64,000 nucleotides of DNA, taken from Anthoceros angustus. Its lineage: Eukaryota > Plantae > Anthocerotophyta. The translations under genes and the position numbers were made by a program. Position 1 is the first letter of the stretch. Each line of letters opens with the position of its first letter. Shown here piece after piece: positions 46,570 to 58,408 of the stretch. Where the stretch lies: contig VJWM01000106.1 of the NCBI GenBank assembly GCA_010909165.1, positions 806,001 through 870,000 on the forward strand, read 5' to 3'. The notes under the pieces were generated by a model. That model searched no databases, was not told the origin of the DNA, and was given only the letters and a program-made list of their open reading frames with translations.

Positions 46570-49182
46570 ATGGCGACAGTGTGGCAATCGGATCCGTTGA
46601 GGACGCAGCGAATTGGTGGGTGTACTGGGATTGTACAACGAGCTCCCACTCACCTTACCTTGGCTCCGAGTCAACCGCTGCGAAAGAATCATCAATCCTG
46701 CAGCTGCCGCAGCGTATTGAACCCAGCATTTCCACTTCCAAGGGAAAGTGTGTCTGGGGAAGGATTTCCCAGCAATGATGGTCGCCAGGGGCAGGAGCTA
46801 CTGTGGCAACAGCTTTTTTTGGACCCTACCATGTGGTGGGACAACAGGCGCGATAGGAAGAGCTCCCGCTCCCCTGACTTCCGGCATAAGGGGTCCGGCG
46901 AGGTCCTGTGGTTAAACAGCATGTTCAAGCCAGCTTGGGTGGATGAGCAGCTTGATTCTTTGAATATGCAGATGGGTCGTAGTTCCTCTCCTTCTAATTC
47001 CAGCTCTCCGGACAAGTCTGAGTCTGGCAGGCGTGCGGGATCGGAAATGGACGTCGTAACGGCTGTGACCGTGAGCACTTTATGCCAGCAGGGGAGGCTT
47101 TGTGAGGCCGTTGGAGCCCTGGAATCTCTGGCGAAGACAGACTCTGCTATTTCCCCGTCTCTTTTTTACACTGTTTTAAAACTGTGTGCAGTTAAGAAGG
47201 ATCTGGTTGCGGGGCGACGAGTTCATGAAGTCGCTGTCAAATGTGGGTACGAGTCGGATGCATACCTGGGGAATCATATCTTGCGCATGTACGCAGGTGG
47301 AGGTCGGCTAGAGGAGGCCATGGATGTGTTCACCAGGGTGGGCAAACCAAATGCCTACGTGTGGGGTTCCATAATCTCTGCACATGCTAAGCATGGGAAA
47401 CCTAAAAAGGCCATACAACTGTACCATGATATGCGCAGGTCTGGTGTGAAGGCGGATGCTCACGTCTTTGTAGCTGCCCTTCAAGCTTGTGCATTGGCCG
47501 CCGACTTGGAATCTGGCAGAAAGGTGCACTCTGATGTGTTGCACAGTGGCAACCCTCCTAACTTGTTTATCGGAAACTGCCTGGTGGACATGTATGCAAA
47601 ATGTGGCGAACTGGAAGATGCACGCAAGGCCTTTGATAGCTTGGCCACAAAGGATGTGGTGACATGGACGGCCTTGATTGGTGGGTATACACAGCAAGGG
47701 CTTGGCCAGGATGCGCTTGTTCTGTATGGACAAATGGAGCAAGAGGGCCTCTTTGTGGCCAACGAAGTTACTTTTGCTTGCCTTTTGAAGGCTTGTGCAA
47801 GCACTGGCGCCATACAGAAGGGCAGGCAGCTGCATTCTCAGATTGTCGAAAGAGGACAGCTGAATAACATAGTGTTGGGCAACTGCCTGGTAGACATGTA
47901 TGCAAAATGTGGTGAACTGGAAGATGCACGTCAGGTGTTTGAAAGCTTGGCCTCAAAAGATGTTGTGACATGGACGGCTCTGATTGCTGGGTATGTCCAG
48001 CAAGGGCTCGGGCATGAGGCTCTTGTTGTCTATGGACAAATGGAGGAGGAGGGTCGAATTCTGGCTGACCATGTTACTTTTGCTTGCCTTCTGAAGGCCT
48101 GTGCAAGCGCTGGTGCCTTACAGATGGGCAGGCATCTGCACTCACAGATTATCGGAAGGGGCCAGCTGGATAACGTATTGGTAGGCAACTGCTTGGTGGA
48201 CATGTACTCAAAATGTGGTGCATTGGAAGATGCACGACGGGTTTTCGACAGCTTGTCTGTGAAGGATGTGGTGACATGGAATGCCCTGATAGCTGGGTGT
48301 GGTGCCTGTGATGAAGGTCACAGAGCACTAGCTTGTTTTGAGGAGATGTTAGTCGCTGGTATTCAGCCTGATGATGTTACTTTTACTTGCCTTTTAGTAG
48401 CATGCAGTCATGAGGGATTGGTGAATGAGGGTCGCAAGCACTTTAATTCCATGGCTGAACAATATGGCATCAAACCTATCCTTGAGCACTACGTGTGCAT
48501 GATTGATATGCTTGGGCGTGCAGGCCATTTAGATGAGGCAGAGCACATGCTATTGTCATGTGAGAGCCAAACTAATGATGTTGGATTGACGTCTTTGCTG
48601 GCTGCCTGCAAAAGTCATGGGGATATAGAGAGGGCGACGCGTTGTTTTGAAAGCCTTGTTAGACTGAACCCCCAGCGGTCGTCTGCATATGTGCTAATGG
48701 CCAATGCCTATGCAGATGCGGGTATGTGGACCGATGTAGAAAGGATTGAAAAACAGAGATTGGAAGCAGGGGCAAATAAGAAACCTGCAGTAGCGGGCAT
48801 TGAGGTGGAGAAGCAGATACATACATTTGTGGTGGGAGAAAACATAAATGATCTTGCGGTCAAGGTGGAGAGCACAACTGCACGTCTGAAGCAGGAAGGG
48901 GGGCACGTACCACAGACAAAGTTGGTGTTGAAGCCAATGTCAGAGAAGGAAAAGGAAGATGCGCTTTGCGGGCATGCGGAGAAGCTAGCTTTGGCGTTTG
49001 GTCTGTTGAACACTCCGAGTGGCACACCTCTGGTGGTAACAAAGAATCTACGCATGTGTAACGACTGCCACAGTTCCACCGAGATCCTTTCAAGGGTTGA
49101 AAAGAGAGACATTGTTGTAAGGGATGGGTACCGTGTGCATCGATTCGCAGGTGGTTGTTGCAGTTGTAATGGTCGACCATGA
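46570..49182 (+). CDS. Intact PPR protein: transit peptide - OSB-type PDF motif - PLS array - E1/E2 - DYW:KP (GRP); candidate U-to-C RNA-editing factor
   Basis: 870-aa intronless ORF. LWQQLFLDPTMWWDNRRDRKSSRSPDFRHKGSGEVLWL..KPAWVDEQL; KKPAVAGIE in place of PGxSW; HAEKLA; CNDCH; terminal GRP. Confidence 0.95.
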   Translation: MATVWQSDPLRTQRIGGCTGIVQRAPTHLTLAPSQPLRKNHQSCSCRSVLNPAFPLPRESVSGEGFPSNDGRQGQELLWQQLFLDPTMWWDNRRDRKSSRSPDFRHKGSGEVLWLNSMFKPAWVDEQLDSLNMQMGRSSSPSNSSSPDKSESGRRAGSEMDVVTAVTVSTLCQQGRLCEAVGALESLAKTDSAISPSLFYTVLKLCAVKKDLVAGRRVHEVAVKCGYESDAYLGNHILRMYAGGGRLEEAMDVFTRVGKPNAYVWGSIISAHAKHGKPKKAIQLYHDMRRSGVKADAHVFVAALQACALAADLESGRKVHSDVLHSGNPPNLFIGNCLVDMYAKCGELEDARKAFDSLATKDVVTWTALIGGYTQQGLGQDALVLYGQMEQEGLFVANEVTFACLLKACASTGAIQKGRQLHSQIVERGQLNNIVLGNCLVDMYAKCGELEDARQVFESLASKDVVTWTALIAGYVQQGLGHEALVVYGQMEEEGRILADHVTFACLLKACASAGALQMGRHLHSQIIGRGQLDNVLVGNCLVDMYSKCGALEDARRVFDSLSVKDVVTWNALIAGCGACDEGHRALACFEEMLVAGIQPDDVTFTCLLVACSHEGLVNEGRKHFNSMAEQYGIKPILEHYVCMIDMLGRAGHLDEAEHMLLSCESQTNDVGLTSLLAACKSHGDIERATRCFESLVRLNPQRSSAYVLMANAYADAGMWTDVERIEKQRLEAGANKKPAVAGIEVEKQIHTFVVGENINDLAVKVESTTARLKQEGGHVPQTKLVLKPMSEKEKEDALCGHAEKLALAFGLLNTPSGTPLVVTKNLRMCNDCHSSTEILSRVEKRDIVVRDGYRVHRFAGGCCSCNGRP

Positions 49183-49984
49183 GAGCGATGGAGAACCAGC
49201 CATCCCTGAAGTCTGGACGTGGGGAATGTATGTTGTAATAGAAACATGATATTCTCTCTTTGATGTTAATCCTTTGTGTAAGTGGGAGAGTGCCATGGCT
49301 TTGTTATGTTCCAGTTTCGGTTTTCTGGACGGGCTTACACTGCACTTGGATCTCCAGTCTTTTTTTATTTATTTCCATTGTAGATATCGTATATAGCAAC
49401 AATGAATCATGCATAATAATTGAGCAAACATCCAGCTGCCTCTGCTTTTCTTTTGTGGAGTAGAGGGTTTTCAACAATCCAGCAAACCTTCAATTGCTAC
49501 ACCAGTACTCAGAACAGCTGCAAATAGAAAGCCCCCGAGAGTTAGAAATCCTGATGAGACATTCACCGAAACCCTGATTTGATCAAGATGAACTTGCTTG
49601 TCAAACAAGTGGTTCGGGATGGATCGAAAGTGTGCAAGTTCGGGTGTGCAAGTTCGGGTGGATGAATCGAAAGTGTGAATGTTTGGGTGGATGAATCGAA
49701 AGAGTGTATGTTTGGCAGGATGAATCCAAATTGTTTATGTTCCACTTACTTTAAGCACTACCAAAGATGGCCCATAAGAATATTAACTGCATAGAATGCC
49801 TCCATACATATTTCTAAACGGGGCTAGAATCCACGAGGGGCACGAGCTCTACATTTTTACAATCATCTCATTCAAAAGTAACGAATTTTGTAACGAAGTG
49901 CCGGAAGAAAAGCACAGATCAACACTCCGCAAAACGAGGGTCACCGTCAGCTAGTTACAGTGAGTCGCAGTCACCAATATAGTA

Positions 49985-50078
49985 TCATGCAATACCAACG
50001 CACTATCACGCAACACAAATGCTATGTCACGCAATACCAACGCACTATCACGCAACACCAATGCTATGTCACGCAACG
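49985..50078. repeat. 39-bp tandem repeat, ~2.4 copies
   Basis: gcaataccaacgcactatcacgcaacac(a/c)aatgctatgtcac repeated. Confidence 0.8.
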
Positions 50079-51518
50079 AAAATTGGGCCCTCCAATATTT
50101 ATGGTGAGATCCAGTAATCGGGCCGCTACCATTATGAACAGGTGTACATATACATACGTAGATGGTTTCCGAGCTTCATAATTCATGTTGTTCACGAATC
50201 ATGATTCGTGACGCCTCTTTATGACAAGTTATGACACACATACTATACCAATACACTTAATGTCAACATGAAACCGAACTTAAAATGTAGAGCGCCGGTA
50301 GCCATCTTGGCATTCACCTCTCGAACCGTGTCCTTGAAAGGCCATTAGCACCGCACAATTCTCGGTCACAAGGATGTTATTTAAAGCTGAAAGATACAAC
50401 AAAACCCAAGAGTCTTGTCATAAAGTTAAGATCCTGAGAGCAAAAAGCCTCTTCGCACAAAAGAATAACTTCAAAATTTTATTTCGCAAGTTTTGATTCA
50501 AAAGTTAGAGCAGCATCCAAGACTATTATTCAAAATTGGCATGGTGCCCTTCGTAGGGGTTTTCCCCCTTTGTTTTTGGGGTGCATGGGTTTTTCCCATT
50601 TCTTTTCTATAATAAAGTCTTCTTTTCCTATCAATCAAAATTTTGAAAGAGTGAATGACAAAACCTATTAATGAGAAGTTGCTGCCACTAATAATAAGCA
50701 AGACATTTGTTAAAAAAGAAACAGTCTTTTCTATAGCACACAGGAAAACTACATTTCAAATACGCATCCAGGGTGGAATATTGAAAGCATAGAGAACTAA
50801 GTAGAAAGTTGCATATATGCCCTAGAGCAAGAAATGTCTTGGATAGGGCCATGCATACATCGACCACATAGCCATTTTCTGAAGTGAGAAGGTAGTGGAG
50901 ATCGTGTGCGTCGCTCAGTAGCATCTTGGAGTCCACTTGGTAATACCTTGCACATTGAGGAACATCACCAGCACACGCACACACCTATAGTATAATCAAC
51001 ATAGGAAGATCTCTCGTTTCCATGTCATAACTTCTTTGCTTACATATTTCATAGAGGACCATCACAAAGAGTTTCCTGGCGCTGCGGGGACCGTCAATGT
51101 TCTCCTCAAGCTACGACCACAAAACATTACAACAGCAGCAACGACAACCACTTTCCTCTTGTTTGACATGAGCAAGGATTTCTTCAAGAGCATATTAGAA
51201 TTTGGAATCTGCATGATTGTACGTCATTTGGGAAGATTTTGAGGAAGTGATTCAATTTCAAAAACACGTTTGGGAACACTTAGCATATTTCCACCCACTT
51301 GGTTGAAGGTGAAACATGAAAGGTTTTTCTTTACCACTCCTTATAGCTCATTGCTTATGTGCGTAAGAGCGTCCATGGTATTATAATTACTATAATTGAA
51401 TTATTTTATTTTATATAACAATATTATTTATGTATATTACTGTATATATATATACAGTAATACTATATTTCATATAGTAAAGATGGAGCCATTTGATTTA
51501 ATACCCATATATGAGAGC

Positions 51519-51632
51519 ATTCAATTCAATTTAATACCCACATCGTACACCCTATCCAAGGCGAAGGGCATCCAATTCAATTTAATACCCACATCGCACA
51601 TCCTATCCAAGGCTAAGGGCATCCAATTTAAT
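51519..51632. repeat. 51-bp tandem repeat, ~2.2 copies
   Basis: caattcaatttaatacccacatcg(t/c)aca(c/t)cctatccaaggc(g/t)aagggcatc repeated. Confidence 0.8.
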
Positions 51633-51958
51633 AAGATATTAGTATAATATGTATTAACTACATACCGGGGTCAGACCTACATGGTGTAAGAATGTAATGA
51701 AACCAATAGCAAAGCTTTATCGCATTTTTACCTCCAGGCCTAGTTTGTTGCAACTTTGGAGTGCAACACCTTCTAGGCCTCTTGCCAAAGCACTAGTGGT
51801 TGCACTTAAAGCAACCAAAAAAAAGAAAAAAAGCACAACAAGTGCGATAAACCCCTCTCCCCACTTCTAGTAGGACGGGGGCTATTCGGGTGGGAGCAGA
51901 GTTTCGTCTCCCCCACACTGTAGCGCCCCCGTTCTGGTTTGTGTGTGGAGCGTGCACC

Positions 51959-52842
51959 ATGGCTGCCGTTTCCGGCAGCAGCACTGTGCCTGCGAGCGTG
52001 AGAGCCTCGGACAGCAGCTTCCTTTGCGGCGAGCGCCTGTCCAGCGTCCCCTGCAACGCCTCATGGAAGCCTTGCGCCGCGGGGGTCGCATTGCCGCCCG
52101 TGGTGTGCAAGGAATCGCGAATCGGGAAGCGCCCGATCGAGGTTCCCAAGAGCGTGTCGGTCACCCTGGACGGCCAGCTTCTGGCGGTGAGCGGGCCGCT
52201 CGGCCAGCTCTCCCTCACCTACCCTCGGGAGGTGAAGGTGCAGAAGGATGAAGCCAATTTCCTCAACGTGGCGCGCGCGTTGGACACCAGGAGGGCCAGG
52301 CAGATGCACGGCTTGTTCCGGTACGCGCTTCCTTCCACCTTGCTGCCTGCCTCCCTGAGGTTGTGATGGGGATGGAATGGAGTGTGTGTTGTTTTTCGAG
52401 GTACCGATTTGCCCGGGCCCGACCGGATTCAGGTTGTGCTGGGAATGGTATAGAATGTGTGTTTTTTTCCGAGTTACCGATTTGCCCTGGCCCGGCCTGA
52501 TTCAGGACGCTGACGGACAACATGGTCATCGGCGTGTCCAAGGGCTTCGAGAAGAAGCTGCAGCTCATCGGCGTAGGGTACCGTGCTGCGGTGGAGAAGA
52601 CCGAGCTCACGATGAATCTCGGATTCTCGCACCAAGTCCGGCTCACCATTCCCGAAGGGATCTCCGTGAAGGTGGAGGACAACACCAGGATATCCATCTC
52701 CGGGCGGGATAAATGCGCCGTCGGGGATTTCTCGGCTGCCATCCGGAAGTGGAGGCCGCCGGAGCCGTATAAGGGCAAGGGGATCAAGTATTCGGATGAG
52801 GTCATTAGGCGGAAGGAGGGCAAGGTTGGCAAGAAGAAGTAA
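51959..52842 (+). CDS. RPL6: Plastid 50S ribosomal protein L6 (uL6c), 2 exons (51959-52320, 52506-52842)
   Basis: Ser-rich transit peptide, then KESRIGKRPIEVP...ARQMHGLFR|TLTDNMVIGVSKGFEKKLQLIGVGYRA...RPPEPYKGKGIKY; GT-AG intron 52321-52505. Confidence 0.96.
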
Positions 52843-53111
52843 CGCAATTAAACGTAACGTAACGGCTTTTCTTGTTCTTGGTCTTTTCAGTTAGCCTTTA
52901 CGGATATGGCCATGGCTATTGCCGTTGCTGCTGCCTCTGCTTGTGCTGGTTTGGACATATTAGGTACTGGTTGCCGGCAGAAAGCAATGCTGAGATCTGA
53001 GATGTCCTTGATCATTATATCGGGGTGTCACAAACATGGCCTGCTCAGCTCCGGTGAACAAGCTCCTGAGTAGAGCAGAGCGGATTCGTGAAATGTGAAT
53101 GAAGCTCAGAG

Positions 53112-54571
53112 TTAGGGCACCGACTTGTGACTCTTCCCTTCAGGAATGGAGTAGACTACAATTCGAGGAAGCAGCACAGACCCGATCCACAGCTTGCCGT
53201 CCTTCTCCTCTGCCTCGCTCACCAGCATTGTGGTGGCGCCTTTACTGTCCTCCAGCACCTCCAGCAGGTTCCCGCCCTCGTCGTACTTCATGATCAGGGC
53301 GTGTGGCCTTCCCATTAGCAGCAAGTACGTGTACTTGATGGGGATGGGGAGCTTCAGAATGTAGGCCCGCAGTTGCGGGTAGGCGGCCAAGAAGCGCGTA
53401 TGTTTACTCAGCCTGGCGTGGATTGCAACCCAGAAATGCCCCTCCTTGTTCCGGCGGACGTTGTCAGGGAAGCCGGGCAGGTCGGCGAAGACCTCGGCTG
53501 TTGCTGCTTTGGGACCTTTCAGCCAGTACTTCCACAGCCTGCCCACATTCGGCTCTCAGCGGAACAACCTGGATTGGAGCATTGCAGAGCAGGAGCAGAG
53601 ATGGGTTTACCTCGTGGTTGAGGATTCAGCCATGATGAGGAAAGAAGCATCCTTGCTGACAGCAAGTCCGTTGGCAAAATGGAGGCCCCGGAGCAGAACC
53701 TTGGTCTCTTTTGTGGCGGGATCGTAAGACAGCAGCCGCCCGGTGTCGTCCCCGGAGACGAAGGACACGAAGAACTGCCTGCCATGCGAAGGAGCGGAGC
53801 TGGGGCCTTGCTGGAGAAGAAAGCTTGCTCGAGGACGGGATGGAGGTATGCATCATGGGCTCACCTTCTCTGAAACTTGGAGCTGCTGACTGTGAAGTAG
53901 AGCTTTCCATCGTCACCGAAATCCACATCGTTGGTGAGCGTGAAAGGCACACCCTCCGCCTCCGTGACCAGAGGCCTTGCCAAGCCACCCTCAGGGCCAA
54001 CAGAGAGCAGGCCGAAGTAAGCATCTGCGATGACGAGCTCTCCGGTTTCAGGATGGAACCTCAGGCCTAGAGGCCGGCCACAGATGTGCTCCGCCGCCAA
54101 GTTGAGAGCTGGCGGCTGCTTGGGTGCACATTCGCTGGTCCTGAACTCGGGGAACAAACAAGCAACAAGTCAGCACAACCCAGCTCAAACCAGCTGTCCG
54201 GGTGCAGCACAACCCACACACCGATTTGGAGATGTGAGAGCGAATTCCGTCCACCCAATCTCCGGGCCATCCCATCTCACCACCCGACCATCAGCGAGCC
54301 CAGTGTAGGGCCCCCTCCCGCTAGAATCGAACGCCAGGCTCTCAGGTCCGATGATCTCATTCTGGGACCAGATTTCCGCATCCCTCAACTGCTGGTGCTC
54401 GTCTCGGATGGTTTTGATCCTGTCTCCCTCGGGCGGGATTTCCAGAGGCAGGGCCTTGAAATTTGGGACTCCAGCAATGGGACTGAGCTGGAGAGGATCC
54501 AGTCCTACAAACACCGCAACAACAGCGGCGATGAACACTTGGCATCTCCACACCCATCTCCCTGCCCCCAT
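53112..54571 (-). CDS. Strictosidine synthase-like (SSL / six-bladed beta-propeller) protein, 4 exons (54571-54222, 54140-53865, 53778-53611, 53538-53112)
   Basis: N-terminal membrane anchor; IGPESLAFDSSGRGPYTGLADGRVVRW, HICGRPLGLRF, IADAYFGLL, TNDVD, GRLLSYDP, FANG, DLPGFPDNVR, VSEAEEKDGKLWIGSV; GT-AG introns keep frame. Confidence 0.93.
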
Positions 54572-56289
54572 CTAGTATCAACAGCCAGTCTCCAGGCTTG
54601 GCACTGTGACTTCACAATGGTGGTGAAGCTCCCGACGCACCTCCTGCTCTTATGAGCCGAGCTCGTTATCTTGAAATTTCAGCCAGACTATGAACCAAAA
54701 GTAAAGCAATCTTGTCAGACACAGGAGGCTCGGCTCGATCTCGAAATTTCAGCCACTGATAAACCTAAGCAAGACAGACACCGCGGCCACGGGGCTCAGC
54801 TCACAGTCATGTTGAAATTTCAGCTGGCAGTGGCTGCAATTTCAAGTCTCCTGCGTCGTCCTGCTGAAAATCGTCCAACCTAACCAACAAGAGGACGAGT
54901 TTGCAACTTCACCAGGGCTTACTGTCACGACACTGGGACGAGATGTCCCTTCCGTTGGTGCTGTTACCCTTCTTCACAAATTCGAGCACAACTGCCCGTT
55001 GCCAGCAGCAGAATACCACCTACCCGTACGCTTGCAGCCCTCTTGCCTACATCGCAAGTGACCGAGCCCGACCCTATGTGCCATGCCGAATTGATCTGTC
55101 AGCAACCCCATTGAGGTTGCAGCCGGCGACGAAGCCAGGCACCAGGTCCCGGTACGTTGCGTCGCGAAGGAATTAAAACTGGCGCAGAAAAGATATTACA
55201 GGCAATATACTGCCCCTCCTCCCCGCGCCCCATCGCCCCTCGCCCACTAGCCCCCCATCACAGTGCTGATTGCTCGAGAAAATAGGTTTTTTTAAATTTG
55301 GTATTTTGAAAATAAATCAAAAATCGAGAAAATAGATGATGAGTGTTCATGTACTCGTCCCACATCTCAGCACTCACTGAGGGGTCTCATCGGGGCGCTT
55401 TATCATGGCGTTCTTTACTTACTTAATCCTAGAATAGAATGACGAGGGATTTTTTGCAAATATTTTGTTCAAATATTCATTCTATTTTTTCAAAGGACAT
55501 GTAATTGTTTTTCATTTTTCTGCCAACACCATAATTATCAACGTGTCATTCCCTTCAAAAGAATGTAGTGCACTCACGATTCTGATTTGTGTACATTCTT
55601 GCACCAAAATTCATGTAATTTTATGAGAGCCTTGTTTCTTGATTTTCGGGTGGAATCTTTTGCTGCTTAGGAGGTTACATGTAGTCCACGTTTCCTTGAG
55701 CAAACATTTTCATGAACACCCAGCACTATCCACTAGGTGTGTGTAAAAACCAGAGTAAAAAAATCACGTTTAATTGCCAAAGAATTTTCACAAAGCAAAG
55801 AACTTGCAAGGGCCAAACCATGGTTGCATGGAAAGTTGCGTTCTACATATGCACCCATGTGAATGCACACAAAATCGCGGACTGGGTGCTACGGTTTTGT
55901 GTGTTGTAACTAGATGGCCAAGTGGGTGTGAGATAGGGGAGCACCTGGTTCAAGGTAACAACTTATAAACCGGCATGGGTTATAAACATCAATTGAAATC
56001 TTCAAGGTAGAGGTCAAAATTTGAGATATTGTTTACTTTTTTCAGAAACATGATGTTGAAGAAGCAGACCACTAAAAATGTATGTTCAAGGTTGTTAAGT
56101 GAAATATATGGATAAAAAGAAAATGTGGAGACTGATAAAAAGAACCAGATGGAAAATCCCATTTACCCAATGGAAAATCTTATTTACCCCGAGGCGAAAG
56201 GGACATCCCAACGGAGCACCAGGCCAGGGGAGCGTGCCCCCACACTAATCTCCCTTATAACCCTTAACAAGCCCCAAGATGTCACCGTC

Positions 56290-56590
56290 CGAGGTAGGAA
56301 AGGGCCTACTTACCACTGGTGCTACCGATGCGGAAATAAACCACGACACTGGAAAGATGTCGCCGTCCGAGATAGAGAAGGGCCTACTTACCACTGGTGT
56401 CGCCGATGCTGCGTCTCTAGCACTCGATGGTGCTGGAGACGCGGAAGTAAGCCATGACATTGGAAAGGGAAGGCCAGCGGAAATAAGCCAGAACATTGGA
56501 AAGGGGAGGCCAGGAGAAATAAGCCAGAACACTGGAAAGGGGAGGCCAGCGGAAATAAGCCAATAGAAAGGGGGAGGCCAGCGGATAACA
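56290..56590. repeat. Compound repeat: ~81-bp duplicated unit followed by a 36-bp tandem repeat (~4 copies)
   Basis: agggcctacttaccactggtg twice; ggaaagggga(a/g)gccag(c/g)(g/a)gaaataagccagaaca(c/t)t repeated from ~56462. Confidence 0.85.
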
Positions 56591-57926
56591 ATACCTACCC
56601 TGAGGGGTGATTTGGCATTAATTAATTAAAATTAGTAATTAATTAATTAAAATTAGTAAAATTATACTTAAAATGTTGAATATATAAAAATTTATGAGTT
56701 TAAGATGCCGAAAACAAGGAAACTAGGGTTTGTATGGAAAATTAGGACCTGTTTAGGGGAGGTCTATACATATTCATTAGTTTTATATATATACCTACGT
56801 ATTTTCATAAATTTTGAAATTTGATAATTATTTTTTTAGTAAATGTTGAAAATTTAAAAATATAAATACTTATGTTGAACTTTATTTTTTTCAAAATATA
56901 ATTATTTCGGCATTATCCTGTTGAAGCACCCCTCGGGGTACGGTATGTATATATTGATACGTACCGTCAAAGACTCGTTTCATCATTTTGGGATTAGTCG
57001 TGGAGTTCTTTACTTGGGAGCTACAAGGAGAGGAAGGAAAGAAGAAAAGGAAGGCCCACTAGGACGGGATTCTCCTGTCATGGGACGTACTACTTTTAAG
57101 TACCGGGTTGTTGCAGCCACAGGCTCCGGACAGTAGGTTATGGTGATTATGCATTGACGAACGGAATATGCGTGGTAATTGAAGAGGGTGAAAATGAGCT
57201 CCTCACTTTGTTGCGTACTTGCACGGAGGGAATATTGCTGATGACTTGCATGTCTCTCTTTGTAACCCGGCGTCGGACGTGAGGGGAAGAAACGTGAGGC
57301 GAGGATTGGGAGGGAAGGCCAAGGAGGACTCCGTGAGGAGAGGACTGAGGATCAGTGTGGGTGGAGAGAGTCGGTACGGGGTGAAAATGGGCGCAGGTGT
57401 GACAGGGAAGAGGAGGATTCGGGCCTGCGTAAGGAATACAGGTGAGTGGAGAAGGCGAGGGACGGCAGGATCTTGACAGTGGTTAGCAGGAAGCAACAAT
57501 GAGAAGCAGAAACAAGAGGGGAGGAGGAAGCACACCTGTAGTGGAGTGGTAGGGTAACACCGCTGCTGTGGCCCTGCTGCTTCATGTGGAACACCTAGCT
57601 GGGTTTTTCTCACCGCCGGAAGAAATGCCCGCCGCGATGCATCAGATTGACACACGCTCAGTCCGAAAGCCTGAACGCACATTGTTGAACCATGTTGTCA
57701 CACGACGCCCACGCCCTAGCATTTGCTCTCTGGTACTGGTCGTCTTCCTATCCCTGCACTCCATCCCCACCATCTATGGCGCAATCGGCACCCTTGCCTT
57801 CCACACAGTTCGTTGTACAATTCCTTCTCAGGGGATATAAGCCTCACGAACAGAGACGACGATACTGGGCACACAGCATGTTCTTAAGCTTACAGATATA
57901 GCTCCGCTAAGATGTCATACATGTGA

Positions 57927-58112
57927 CTATGCTGCAAGTGCTGGATGTCGGCCACCACCAAAGTGAACGACCTCATCATGCTCTATCCAGCTCCAGCCAG
58001 GCTCTTCCCATGCACCGGCGTCGTCCCGCTGGTCGTCCCCTCGAAGAACTGCATCAGTACAGATCTGTGACATCAACACGTATGCTGCAGCATTAGTGGC
58101 TTGCAGATGCAC
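57927..58112 (-). pseudogene. Degenerate PPR E2/E+ remnant
   Basis: AAAYVLMSQICTDA...AGAWEEPGWSWIEHDEVVHF resembles the E2/PG-box ends of the intact PPRs in this window; no upstream PPR array is in frame. Confidence 0.65.
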
Positions 58113-58408
58113 CAGTTGCGAAATCTAACACTTGCTCTTCAACATCCACAGCCAGCTGGACCCCAGAACTGGAATCTAAGTGGATGCAGATCATTTTCAA
58201 TGTACAGAAGCATGTTTCTGTCTGAACTGCACGAGAGACCAATCTCCCCATGGCTTCTCAGCCGAAGGTCCTTCCAAAAATTGCAGCTTCTTCTTGTCCC
58301 TGTTGTCTGGCCCTTGCAGGCTCCTTCCTTGGGCCTTCACCATCATTAGATAAGGGGCCTGTGACGTGCCCAAACAATGTGGGCAAATACATATTCTTGT
58401 TTCGCTAT

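Noticed and set aside
55252-55385. Imperfect inverted repeats suggesting a MITE
   Set aside because: Only ~8 bp match perfectly and no target-site duplication is evident.
58200-58408. Possible decayed DYW remnant after the WW-type PPR stop (FLEGPSAEKP)
   Set aside because: Similarity to LCGHSEKLA is too weak and out of frame; no CxxCH found.
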